NCBI GenBank assembly: GCA_903813345.2
Contig: CAIIXF020000001.1
Coordinates: forward strand, 868,001 to 932,000
DNA length: 64,000 nt
Direction of reading: 5' to 3'
Source: Owenia fusiformis
Taxonomy: Eukaryota
Shown here piece by piece: positions 1 through 12,000 of the stretch. Under the pieces are notes generated by a model. The model saw only the letters and a list, made by a program, of their open reading frames with translations, was not told the DNA's origin and searched no databases. Positions within the stretch are counted from its first letter, which is position 1; each line of letters begins with the position of its first letter. The translations under genes were made by a program, and so were the position numbers.

Positions 1-523
1 ACAAAAAGATAAATTGCATGCTACTGGAAAAAAATGGGATTTTATTATCAGAAACAGTTGATTGTATCTCAGGAAAAGAAAAAAAAACTGTTTTTCTTTT
101 ATTAACTTGTAACATGAATAATGTTTTGAAATAAAAATGAAGTTGTCACTGATCGCTGGATCTCAGAGTCAATAGATCTATTTAAATACCTGTGTTATGT
201 CATCATTATGACACTCTGTAAACCTCCTAATAGGAATACCAGGTTTCCTTCTGTCCCTGAAGAAAGAGCAATAATGGATATGTACAGGGTGAGCTCATAT
301 AAAAAGATGAATACAATGGACATGTTCAGGGTGGCCTATACATGTAGTACTGAAGAAAGATAAAACATAAAACATCAATATTTTCCATTCTGATGTTAGA
401 AACTAATTTTAATTATGCTCCATTAGGGTAATAATAACAAACGGAAAGGAATTTTTGCTCATGGTAATAGGTATAGTATATTTTTTATTAAAGTTATGAA
501 GTAAACTTTCAAGAATTACATAC

Positions 524-2034
524 CAGAACATGATCCAGGTGTCCCCATCTATTCCTTCAGTGCCACAGCAAACTGTCCTGTCATCACAACTAACACTGAG
601 GCTGAGAAACATACCTCTCTCATCACCCTGGCCTAAAGTGACAACATGCATGACTTAATTGCATTGGCCTTAGTCCCACTTTAAAAGTGAGCATTCTTTA
701 AAGGGTCATGTTATTGAAAATTATTTTAAAAAGCTATCACATGGATGATACATGTACTATATCTAGTATGTATGTGGTACTTTACAAGTGAGAATGCTTA
801 TTGCTTACTAATCATAATCTATTTCAAGATACATACATATTGTAACTTGATAATGCAATGTACTGTACCTTCATATTTGTGAACTTGGTTATTTTTATCT
901 CTGGTGTCCCAACACCTGAAAACATAATTGTAAACGTCTGATTGACCAATAAAAATAGAGTATTTATTCTCTTCAGCTTGATGATATAACGTAAAGTCTT
1001 CACTCAAGAAAGCGTATATAAGATGTACTATGTAAGGATTTATATTAAGGGATTGAAGGCCCATACTAGGAGATGTATTAAGGGATTGAAGGCCTATATA
1101 AGGAGATTCATTAAGGGATTTAATTATTAAGGGATTTTATCATTTAAGGCCCATATAACAAGTTGTATTGGGATTGAAATCAGACATCCTGGACTTACCT
1201 GAAGACCTAAGACAGTAAGGAAATGTATTATGTGATTGAATGCCATATAAGGAAAGGTAAAAGGACTTACCTGACCGTTGCATCAAGAGAAGAACTGTAT
1301 ACTAATGCTGGTTCCCGTGTTCCAAACTTGACACTGCTCACTACACCTTGATGGCCTGGAAAAACAAGAACTCTTGCATATTGATATGCAATGGGCTTGG
1401 AAATCTTTTATTATTAATAAAGTCTAGACAGGACGGTGTAAATCCTCCAAGCACCTCACTCAATGTTCCATATTTGTTTGTAAATGAACTGTTAATTTGT
1501 TGAAGTAAAATGAAACTGAAATTATTTTAAATGTCTCAAACAACTCTATAATACCAGTCAAAGAACTGCTTTCAAACAACTTTCAGTGATAAATTATAAT
1601 CAATTTAAAGGACATTTACGCCATATATCTTACCTGTTATTTTCCCCTTAAGTGCCAGATTCTGTCTTGAGTGCAGTCGTATGCTATTGTTTGTGCCAGT
1701 GACGGCTAGAATTCCATCACCCCTGAAAATTACCAAATATGGATCGAGTTAAAACCCTGTGAGAATACACCGAAAATAGACCTCAATCGATTTTTAAAAT
1801 AAATTCATGTATGTTCCAATATTTATGGTTGAGGTGAGAAGATGTCAAATTGAAATGCAATCAATTACACTCATAGCAACACTAAAATATTTACCTGATC
1901 AAAAGTAGAATGTAAATCACTTACCCTGGATCTGAAGGCTGTGATGCAAGGTCCAAAATATAATTTTCTTCAGTTTTTTCGATGGATATTGCAGCTTTTT
2001 CTGATAACGTCAATCTTGCGAATTGGTCTATCAT
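524..2034 (-). CDS. WDR89: WD repeat-containing protein 89, 5' coding exons (gene continues beyond the left edge)
   Basis: GT-AG exons 2034-1925, 1722-1634, 1355-1271, 915-869, 632-524 splice in frame to MIDQFARLTLSEKAAISIEKTEENYILDLASQPSDPGGDGILAVTGTNNSIRLHSRQNLALKGKITGHQGVVSSVKFGTREPALVYSSSLDATVRCWDTRDKNNQVHKYEGQGDERGMFLSLSVSCDDRTVCCGTEGIDGDTWIMFW. This matches recalled WDR89 motifs (SNGSIRIY, DGTVKCWDAR, ICAGTEKVDDDALLVFW). Confidence 0.85.
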
Positions 2035-2434
2035 CTTGCCTCCTTAACAAACTGAAATTAAATGTGAAGCATATTCACATTGAATTATGACAATTAAGGC
2101 CCTTAATAGAACTAACTATGCAAAGAAAGCAATTTGAGAAAGGATAAGTCAGGATTTGATTCAGGATATAAACATAAAAAACTAATTCAATCACACATAA
2201 CTAAACCTTCAATATCCTATACTTGTTCAGAGAGGCTAAAAGTATTAATTTGAATCATGAATATTGGTATCAAGAACAAATTAATTTCAAAAAGATTTCA
2301 AGTGTATGTACTTAATGAAAAATGTATACAAAACGTTTCATCCTACCATACATTTACTCTCTTGGTAAATACATTGAACAGTTGAATGGCATCTCTTTCA
2401 GAAAATTTTCAGAAATTTTTTTCACTGAATTTTC

Positions 2435-2806
2435 GAGACCCTATCTGTTTTCAAGACTTATGCCTGGCACAAACGTCACCAAGTTATTAAGTGTTTTTAA
2501 GTTTCGCAAGGATCCTGCCATGACTGTGGTAGTGTAATCTTGATAGCCTGACAACCATTGCCACAATCATAGGCTTTAACATTACCTTGGTCATGACAGG
2601 CCTTACAACCATTGGGACAGTCATATAAGACTTTAACATTACAACAGTCATGACAGGCCTTGCAATATAATATGGCATTGTCACAGTTATACCAGGCTTT
2701 CAAGATGACAATACCACGGTCATGGCAGGATCCTTGCGAAACTTAAAAACACTAATTACATGGTGACGGTTGTGCCAGGCATAAGTCTTGCAATAGATAG
2801 CATGTG
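2435..2806. mobile_element. non-autonomous foldback/MITE DNA transposon, copy 1
   Basis: About 95-bp imperfect terminal inverted arms, internal degenerate repeats of about 32 bp, exact 8-bp TSD GAATTTTC (2427-2434 and 2807-2814). Confidence 0.85.
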
Positions 2807-3060
2807 GAATTTTCTCGTTTTTATACATTTTACAAAACAAATCTTCTCACCAGTTTTTTCAAAGCACATATGAAATTAAGTGCACTCTTTGTGCAAAACT
2901 GAAAGATGCAGACAATGTGTAGTGATTCCTGTTTGAAAAATAACATGTGATCATGTGACTCAATTGAGGAATGCAGAAAAATTCCGAACATGCACCTTGG
3001 CCTAATATTGTAATGACCTTCGATAGCAAGTCGCTACTACAGTCTCAGCTGTAGTGGCTA

Positions 3061-3132
3061 GCCCTTATGGTTCAGGGGTAGAGCGTCTGACTCGAGAGTG
3101 GAAGTTCCTGGGTTCGATTCCCCTACGGAGCA
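3061..3132 (+). ncRNA. tRNA-derived (pseudo-tRNA/SINE-head-like) Pol III cassette in LTR1
   Basis: A box TGGTTCAGGGGTAGAGCG and B box GGTTCGATTCC at tRNA spacing. The D-stem is intact but the anticodon and acceptor stems are imperfect, so it is not a functional tRNA. Confidence 0.7.
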
Positions 3133-3336
3133 TTGAATTTAGCACATTCTCTTTCGAGTCTAGTATCTGGCTCGGTACATTACAGCTCCCCGACGAGCGT
3201 GCCCAAGGGTCGTTACATTGGTGTCAGAAGTGGGATTGCACTTGTGAATCAATTATGACGGGATGTCGTCTTCTAGGGGGATGGTGTAATGACCTTCGAT
3301 AGCAAGTCGCTACTACAGTCTCAGCTGTAGTGGCTA

Positions 3337-3408
3337 ACCCTTATGGTTCAGGGGTAGAGCGTCTGACTCGAGAGTGGAAGGTCCTGGGTTCGATTCCCGT
3401 ACGGGGCA
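3337..3408 (+). ncRNA. tRNA-derived Pol III cassette in LTR2
   Basis: Second copy of 3061-3132 with 4 substitutions; A and B boxes intact. Confidence 0.7.
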
Positions 3409-3462
3409 TTGAATTTAGCACATTCTCTTTCGAGTCTAGTATCTGGCTCGGTACACTTCAGC

Positions 3463-4395
3463 CACATGCTATCTATTGCAAGACTTATGCCTGCCACAAC
3501 CGTCGCCATGTTAATCAGTGTTTTTTAAGTAGCGCAAGGATCATGCCATGACCCTGGTAGTGTTATCGTGTAAGCCTGGTATAACCGTGGCAGGCTGGTA
3601 TAACTGTGACAATGCTGTATGATATTGCAAGGCCTGTCATGACCCTGGAAGTGTTATCGTGGAAGCCTGGCGTGACCGTAGCCTTTATTGTGGTTTATAA
3701 GCGAATGTGAATATTAATGTACAGTAGTAATTTTGATTTTGACATGATTAAGGTAGTTAAACACCATGATCATAGTATTAAACTGTTTAATTGTAATGAC
3801 GATCACTTAAAATTGTTAAGGATATTCCTGGCATTAATGTCATACATATTTACTAATCATTGGCTTTTGCAATACATTATAACGGTCATAGTAGGACTAA
3901 GCCTAAATTTCTACATTACCACCATCATACCTGGCCTTGCAATACTATATTACATTGTCATGGTCATACCAGGCTTTGCGATCCCATTATACATCGTCAC
4001 ATTCATGCCAGGTTTTGAAATACATATTGTCACGGTCACTTATAGCAATCATATATTTCTACATTACCACTCTCATACCCGAACTTGCAATACTATATTA
4101 CATTGTCTCGGTCATGTCAGGCCTTGCATAATTATATAACATCGTCACTGTCATGCCAGGCCTTGCAGTACTACAGTATATTACATTGTCACGGTCATGC
4201 CAGGCCTTGCAGTACTATATTACATTGTCACGGTCATGCCAAGCCTTGCAGAACTATATTACATTGCCGCGGTTATACCAGGCTTTCACGATATTGCCAC
4301 GGTCATGGCAGGATCCTTGCGCTAGTCTACTTAAAAACACTGAATAACATGGCGACGGTTACACCAGGCGTTAGTCTTGCAACAGATACGGTCTC
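3463..4395. mobile_element. non-autonomous foldback/MITE DNA transposon, copy 2 (same family as 2435-2806, opposite orientation), inserted in LTR2
   Basis: Termini CACATGCTATCT...AGATACGGTCTC; exact 8-bp TSD ACTTCAGC (3455-3462, 4396-4403); internal repeats of about 33 bp (ttacattgtcacggtcatgccaggccttgcagtacta). Confidence 0.85.
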
Positions 4396-4769
4396 ACTTC
4401 AGCTCCACGACGAGCATGCCCAAGGGTCGTTACAGTATTGCTGTGCAAGTTCAAGTCACCAAGATTTACTCGAGTCTCTAAACAATTCTTGGCTAAAGTA
4501 ATTCCATCTGGAACACCGTGAACTATTGAAATTTTCAAATAATGCACTGTGGTCAACTGTTTTTTTTTCTTTCTGAAAACCACGGTTATGGGAAGTCCTC
4601 CATATATTACTTATATTATTTGTGTATATACACTGTACCTCCTAGATGGAGGACTTCCCACTGATTTCAGAAAAATCTCGAATAGATGAGATATAACAAT
4701 TTCCTTTGCTGTAAAAACATATACCAGACAAAGAATCTATAATTATTGATTCGTTAGACGTCTATATTT

Positions 4770-4890
4770 ACCCGATTTATTTGTAGATTAGCAGTAATAG
4801 CTAAATTAAATGTTTTTAATCTCAGCTCATGTGTTCAGATTGCCGCCATGTTTATGGTCATGTGACCAGATAATAAAGTCACGTGACATA
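4770..4890 (-). promoter_or_regulatory. probable WDR89 promoter / non-coding first exon
   Basis: YY1-like AAACATGGCGGC (minus strand, about 4842-4853), E-boxes GTCATGTGAC and GTCACGTGAC, and a possible minus-strand donor near 4770. Inference only. Confidence 0.4.
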
Positions 4891-5286
4891 ATTTAAAGGG
4901 CCTTATTTTTATTACAACATTTACCTATACATGTATATTGTATATGTAAGAAATAACAAACAATTGTTAATGTTTTGATTCACAATGCAAATCTGTAGTA
5001 GGGCATAAAGGTCAGGGCTTTAAATTGATATTGTCCTCAGGTCAATAGCTTCAAAAACCAGATTGACAATATATTCAGAAATGAACAATACAACTTCTGA
5101 ACTATTTATTTGGCGCATCGCACAACAAATAACAAGTAACAAATACAAACAATGACCGATAAAAAGATGGGGATTATACAGGATCCAACCTTCTTCCCCT
5201 AGGATAGATGTAAGATGTAAGAAGGTCTTGCAGCCTTACATTCAACAATCAATCTCTGATAGTGTCAAGACTCCAATTAGTTCAAC

Positions 5287-5320
5287 CATGGGCTTTCAAG
5301 AGATCTGTTGAAAGCCCATG
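5287..5320. mobile_element. P-superfamily-like excision footprint / micro-element
   Basis: CATGGGCTTTCAA-gagatctg-TTGAAAGCCCATG flanked by the 7-bp direct repeat GTTCAAC. Confidence 0.65.
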
Positions 5321-5573
5321 GTTCAACTTATCAGGGACAGGGCAGCTGCCCCATTTTGGTCAATGTAATCATATTACCTTGCCACAACCAGAATGATGAT
5401 CAGTTAAGAGTAAGACAAGGCCCTTTAATGTGCTGAACAGTAAAACTTACACCATCTCCCTCATTACACCATCTTGCCGAAATATTGAAATAATCAACAG
5501 AACAATCAACCTCCAGAATTAAACACAATCGATTCCTCGACTAGCCAGGGGAATCCCCATTGAGTCACACAAG

Positions 5574-6402
5574 CAGGCCTGTCAACTGTCCCGCAATTTG
5601 CGTATTTGTCACGCATTTGGTGAAGAATTTGAAGTCACGCCAGTTATTTTTGCGGGACAGAAAATGTCACGCAAATACGAGCGCGAAAAGTTTGAGGTGT
5701 TCAAAATTTGGCAAGATGTAATAAAATTTAAACCAAGGTGTTCAAAATTTGAATCAAGGTGTTCAGATTTGGACCAAGGTGTCCACATTTTGAGGGGAGG
5801 TGTTCAACATTTCCAAGTCACTCATGTTAGGTGTTCCCAAGTCATGGCGTAGAATAATGGAAATAGCGTCATGAATCCCGGGACAATGAATCCCGGATCC
5901 AAGTACGTCATTAATGGTCGAAATTCAAAATATTGACAAATTTATAACCTAAAAGGCCGAAAGATTATGCGGCAAATATTGAAACGGGTGGTGTCAACAT
6001 ATTGTATTAGCTTTGATCTCTTAGAATCCGTTGAATCCTAAGCGATTGGAGTTGTTTAGATCACTTAACGAATGATATAAAATGATGAGGATTTGGGTTT
6101 TTTCAAAGTTTATAATGGCGGCCAATGGGGGATTTTAGCAAAATATCCCGAAAATTAAATCATTAAAAGGCCGAAAGATCTGTGGATGGATTTTGCTGTT
6201 TTATATATCAAAATGAACACTTCGTCGGGTCTAACAAGGATCCGTTGAATCCTAAGAAAATAAATGATTTGCTAAAAAGATATTAAGATTTTAAATTTTG
6301 ATGAAGACTGCTCTCCATTGAAATCTTTGGACCATGAAATGTCGATTTACGCGCATGCGCTGTGACGTTATTTCCATTATTCTACGCCATGTGACAGGCC
6401 TG
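5574..6402. mobile_element. hAT-like MITE (CAGGCCTGTCA termini) with a nested element at 5843-6391
   Basis: TIR CAGGCCTGTCA/TGACAGGCCTG with CACAAG on both flanks; the body resembles 38148-38489. The nested element has TIR CATGGCGTAGAATAATGGAAATA. Confidence 0.75.
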
Positions 6403-6694
6403 CACAAGTGCCCACAAGCGCCTTGAACCAGGCAGCCAATAAGGTTCATGATAAACTAATTCAACGACCAATCAAATGACAAGAGGACTTTCCAGGTATA
6501 TTCAAACTTCAGATTGAATTAATTTCCGCGAAAATAATTAGATTGGCCAGCACAATCGCAAAATTTACACTGAAAGAGGGGGATTCGGGACTTTTTCTAT
6601 GCTAAGTAGATGGGTGAATATGTATATGTGGTGAAACTCAATATGCAAAAAAGTCCAAAGGGGTCTTGATTGTGCTATCCTATGGCACAGAACC

Positions 6695-7105
6695 TCTTTA
6701 ATAACGCAGATGCGAGTAGGTAGTTACCAGATTCACCACCAGGTGGCTCGTTCGGGTCAGATAGCATGGCGGGTATAGTAGAAAGTTCCATTTAACCCGT
6801 ATGTATCTAATAGTTATGCAAATTAAAATACATCCAGTAAAAGAAAATGTTATCTGTCCAATACAAAAAAAGATAATTCACTTTTTGTGATTTTGTAACA
6901 TGGGGTCTATGAGGAATCAACCCGAACAAGAAGTCACATTTTCAAAAAAATTAAATTTTCAAAGTTGATAGACAATTTTCGAAACCATATTTCTAGACGC
7001 ACTTTAACATGCAGATTTCAAATATGACATCACTTTGACTGAATTTTGAATATTTAATGACGTAAATCAAGATTATTTCTACTCGCATCTAGTCTATTGG
7101 AACTT
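6695..7105 (+). mobile_element. Helentron/DINE-1-like non-autonomous element
   Basis: Subterminal inverted repeat AGATGCGAGTAG...CTACTCGCATCT. The 3' part resembles 25780-25995, and the 5' part recurs inverted at about 53230-53270. Confidence 0.55.
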
Positions 7106-7223
7106 TTAAAATGTTGAGTGACAGTGAAGGGCTTCTATGTGAAATTCATAGTTTTATTTTGCTTATCTATGTCTTGTATAATGGTTAGCATGTAACCATT
7201 TGATCATGATGATAGATTTGTAA

Positions 7224-7443
7224 CAGGCCTGTAGCCAGGATTTGCCAAGTGGGGGTTCAGTTTTCAAAAATTTCCAAGGGGGTTCACATTTGACAATTTT
7301 GGCCCAAGTATGGCTAGAATCACTTGAGAATTGCTCGAAACAGTGTAAAACTGCATGATTTTGACCGGGATTTTGAAAGAATTTTTGGCCAGGGGGGGGG
7401 GGGGGGGCGGGCAACCTCCCCCTGGGTACTATATACGGGCCTG
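7224..7443. mobile_element. short MITE
   Basis: Imperfect TIR CAGGCCTGTAG...TATACGGGCCTG with G-runs; no clean TSD. Confidence 0.5.
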
Positions 7444-7905
7444 TGCAATGACCCATTATCCAATTCTGTTTGTGTCAGCATCATGAATAGTCATCTTGAC
7501 AACCATACAACACTTACCATTAGACCTGAATAAGCACCTTTCTCGTTATTCCCTATGATACTACATGTATATATAGATTTTTTCTCAACTTCATTAGTTC
7601 CCTAGAATCTAAATAAAAAAAAGTGACCTTGGATGCGGTGATTGGATATATAATGTAATGCAGTTATAAGAAATAGCTTGTTCTGATTGGCTGGAAGAAT
7701 TGGACACACATTGCCTTGCTATGTGTGAATACATGTAATTGCACGGATGTTATGATACTCAAATAATGACATCACATTTTATTTAAAATAAAGTACAAAT
7801 ACAAGGTTTCACATTTACATACCATTTATTTTACATATAATACAGTATATACATTTTAACAGAATATAAAAATGTTAAAACATTCAATGTCACATTCACT
7901 TCATT

Positions 7906-7935
7906 CATGGGCTTTCAATTAGTTGAAAGCCCATT
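7906..7935. mobile_element. P-superfamily-like excision footprint / micro-element
   Basis: CATGGGCTTTCAA-tta-GTTGAAAGCCCATT flanked by the 7-bp direct repeat CTTCATT. Confidence 0.65.
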
Positions 7936-8941
7936 CTTCATTCAAATCACTTTTTGCTTTATAATATTACGTTCTGAAGATTGAAAAATATGACTCAATT
8001 CCCAGTATTTTGAGCCTACTTATAACTATATTGAGCCATTATTCAGTTATTAATGAAGAAATTCATATTCAAAGGATTTCTTGTTTACTGACAATTTGGG
8101 CAAATCAGTAACTTTAATGAGCTCTAACTTTCCTCCTAGGGGAGTATGAGTCACATTGTTTTGCTAAAACATGCCTTATTCAATTTGAAGAAAAGACAGA
8201 AAGTCTCAGGTCAAAAGATCGACTACAATAAAAGATCTGCCCCCTCTCTTACCGTTTAAGGGTTACAATATATATCATCCTCCAAATTCGGATTAAATTC
8301 AGTGAAAAACAGAATATTTTATGAGGGTACACTATATCATGTGTCATGTATGACTAAAAATTTATAACAAGAAATAAAAAAGGACAAAAACAACAGTCCA
8401 AGAGACAAAATATTTTAAAAGGGACGCTGTTTTTATTAACAAATGGATCCAATTTTTTCCCTCTTTCAAATGTGGTTAATGATATTTTTCTTCAATATTC
8501 CACCCAATTTTGCACAGGTTAGATGAGATCCCTGATGTGCAACTTTGTTAAGTCAGAATAAAGTTATAAACTCAAATCAGGTCTATGTAGAATAATGAAT
8601 CAATAATGACGTGTGATAACAAAACAAATTATTGCAGATTAATGCTAAACCTATAGGTTCAAAATTGTCTGACTTTGGCCACTACAGTTGTCAACTTATT
8701 AAACACATGGATCTTATAATGCAATGTCTCATCAACTTTACTAAAAATTATGTCAATCGATCCCACCTGGGATTACAAGATTAAAATATAAACGCATGAA
8801 AAAGAATATTCATCTCAGATTCCACTAATCGGATTCAGCATTCAATGTTTCAGTCAGTCAGTGTTGTCCAAAGTATAAAATAAAGTTCTCTTTGGGCTTA
8901 AATGGCAATTCAACATCTTTGTTTTGCAAACAAGCGGTGAC

Positions 8942-9052
8942 TCTGGTATAACTCAATAGTTCCAAGTGAGTCTGGTATAACTCAATAGTTCCAAGTGAGT
9001 CTGGTGTAACTCAATAGTTCCAAGTGAGTCTGGTATAACTCAATAGTTCCAA
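8942..9052. repeat. 29-bp tandem repeat (about 3.8 copies) overlapping the ARMC1 stop codon
   Basis: Unit TCTGGTATAACTCAATAGTTCCAAGTGAG. Confidence 0.9.
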
Positions 9053-12000
9053 TATAGAGAGTTTGATATAAAGTTCCCCACTTTTCCAAACCAGCCAGAT
9101 TTTGCATCTGATTCTTCACCAAATCTTGATATTGCACCTTTTTCTTTAACTGGACTGTCGTCATCTTCTAGATATGGTGGCATGTCATAGTTCTCTTTAT
9201 TAGGCAGAGGTTTGGCACCAAAACTGAGGAAAACCTGCAAATCAGATTGTAAGCAACATGTTTTATGTAAAGCTTGACACCTCCTTGATTGAAAACATTT
9301 CTCATGATTTAAGGTCCAGGGCTTTATCATACAACTTAGCAAGGCATATAAACATTAAGTGATTTCTTGCATAATAAAGAATTAAAGGTACATTCCAATT
9401 TCATTGTTTTAAATCCATTTTCAACTTAAAACTAGGCCAGTAGGTTATAATATGAGAATCTAGTAACATGATCACCATACTTGATGATTTCATTGAAAAT
9501 CACCTGTTTTTAAGACCTTATAATTTTGGAAAATTAGGATCTGCATGGTAAGTGAACACTTTATCTTATGTTTTGAGAAGTTGTAACTCAAAAGCTGAAG
9601 TTAAAGAGGATGAAAAGTGGCAAAGAAAAGAAATCCCCAAAAAATTAGAGACCGGCGGCATTCATTTTTAGCATAAGACACTGGCGCTATCAGGTCTGAA
9701 GATGAGTAGGGGTGCCGGACTCTAAAAGCCTACTGAGATCGCTGCTTCTATAAAAATAATCTGTAAATGTTACACTAACTTTTCCATTGATTTAGATTTA
9801 ATGTGTTTTTGTAATGTTCCATATGATGTTTTATGAGTCAAACTGAGAAGTTCAATTAATGGAATAACTATCATAGCACTCACCTCTCTGCCTGTTTCAT
9901 CACGGACAACCTGTTCTGCCGACATGGTCTCCGTTGAGGCTATGGCATGGACTAGAATCTAGAAAAATTGCAAACTAAAGCTGATTATTGAAATTAGTGT
10001 GTAAACATGAGGGCCAGATCATCACCAGTTTGCGACAATGTATGAGCTGCTATGTTAAAATATTATGCCATAAAGACAACTGCAATACTGTATGAATGTA
10101 TGTCGTATGATACTATTATATTCGTATCACTGGCATGCTTTCAATTGAATAATTGGTCAAAACTGAGTCATTGTCACAAAGGATCAGGCTCTGGCAATGC
10201 TTATCAAATCATACAACTGTGAATAACTGGCTGTATTTTTCCACTGCGTTGCTTATAGTCAAGCTGATGCTCTCTGGAAATACTACTGAACTATTTCCTC
10301 AAGTTAATAGATTATATAGTCTTACAGGATCCTATATCAGCTTTTAAGCTTTAGGAAAATGCACCAACCATTCATAAGGAAAGTTTCATGAATGACATAC
10401 TAACCTCAGGCTCCAGCTCCAGCTTGGCCCTGATGATACATCTCTGTTTAGGAATATTACAGGTGACACTTATTACTCCCTTCACTCTTATGAGGACCTC
10501 ATGGCAGGCATCACTGTCAGTCTGCAAAATATCAAAACTAAATTGAATTTATTATTATAATAGGTGACCACATTTGAAATTTATTTTCAAGGATCACTTA
10601 TTTTGAAAAATGGACCCCTCTTTTTAAAAATTGCTAATAAGTTCCAAAGAGGTGCAAAAGAAAATAATCTTCTGAATAATGTTTTGATTTCTTGTCAAAT
10701 ATAAGATCTGTCCGTCCCCATCATTTATGGGTTGATAAGTTGAAACTTCAAGCACATCCTTCTAATGGTTGCCAGTATGCAATTCTGTGTGACTAATATT
10801 TCTTTTGGGTTTAATTGTAAAAAGTTTATAGCCAATCTTACTGTACCTTATGATGAAGTCCCTTTATGTGCAGTGTTATAACTTTGGTTCTTGTCAGAAA
10901 AACATTCCTGTGTTTCTTTTTGGCACTTTTTATAGGAGTGTGTCTGAAATAGAGTCAATTAAATAATATAAATAAGGGTCCACAGGGAGGGGGGAGGCTG
11001 TGCATGTTTCGTTATTCTGAAATGTAGTCAGTTAAATAATATAAAGAAGCGGTCTCGGGTTACAGTGAGCAATGATAAACAAAATATGAGTACTTCTCTT
11101 TACAAAGGGAACAACTTTTTTGATCATGTTTCTTTTAACTTAAAAAGTACTTTTCAATGTAAGAGAAAAATATGATAAATATAAAGAAGTGTACTACTAC
11201 GTAGTATCTAAAGAAAGACTACCAAGCAGTACCAAGTGTCTGAAGGCAGCATAATAGTGCCAATAGTTACAGGAACACAGTAACTTAGGAATTTAAGAAG
11301 TTACAAAGATACAAACAAAATCAACTTACTTGCTTTTGTTGATAAGTTTTTCTCTCAGAACATCGCCAGAATCTTCAGTTAGATTTTTCTCAATGTTCTC
11401 TGCTAACTCCTTCAGATCTGGCATTGGTCTGAAAAACAGCAATAAAATAGAAGTAATATTATAATGCTTTAGGTTATGTACTTCTAAACAGTTAAGTTCT
11501 CAGATAAAATAGAAAAACATGGAAATCATAATCTAATCCTAAAGACAAGATACTTTTGATTAATGAAAATATCAAGAGATATCTGATTTTAAGTCCCATT
11601 AAACCTTGATGAATGTCAAAAAATGCAGAAAAAGGTTTCTGGATCAAGGTAATAAGCTTCATTTAAGGGACTTATTTATAAAATGCAAGTTAAACTGACA
11701 CACGTCATTATTTAGCTTACTCAAGACAACTGACAATTAATGTGATTTCTATTACAGCTCACAGAAAACCCCAATAAATCATTACCCATTTCTGACAGTC
11801 TCCAGTTGTTCCATGAGTCCTATGAAATCTCTCATTCTGCTTTTGTCAGTTTTCTGGTGGGACAGCATCAACAAAGTCTAAAATACATCAACACCTATAA
11901 CTTACATTTTGTTTGTTATGATGTTTATGAAGCAATTCCATTTATGTTCAAGATTAATGTTACGAAATGTTAAAAAAATAAGTTAGGTAGAGAAAAAAGC

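Larger units (their letters stand above)
3009..4434 (+). mobile_element. TRIM-type miniature LTR retroelement with a tRNA-like cassette in each LTR (3' LTR interrupted by a MITE)
   Basis: LTR1 3009-3217 (TGTAATGACC...GGTCGTTACA); PBS TGGTGTCAGAAGTGGGAT 3219-3236; PPT AGGGGGATGG 3275-3284; LTR2 3285-3462 plus 4404-4434. Flanks ATAT/GTAT form an imperfect 4-bp TSD. Confidence 0.88.

Noticed and set aside
105-189. Possible next WDR89 exon (YLNRSIDSEIQ...)
   Set aside because: It hits a stop and does not resemble the expected WDR89 continuation; the true exon is probably off-window.
3061-3132. Functional tRNA-Ser(CGA) gene
   Set aside because: Anticodon and acceptor stems pair poorly, there is no long variable arm as expected for Ser, no T-run terminator follows, and it is embedded in an LTR.
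3717-4501. ORFs of 138-140 aa
   Set aside because: They read through the internal repeats of the foldback MITE.
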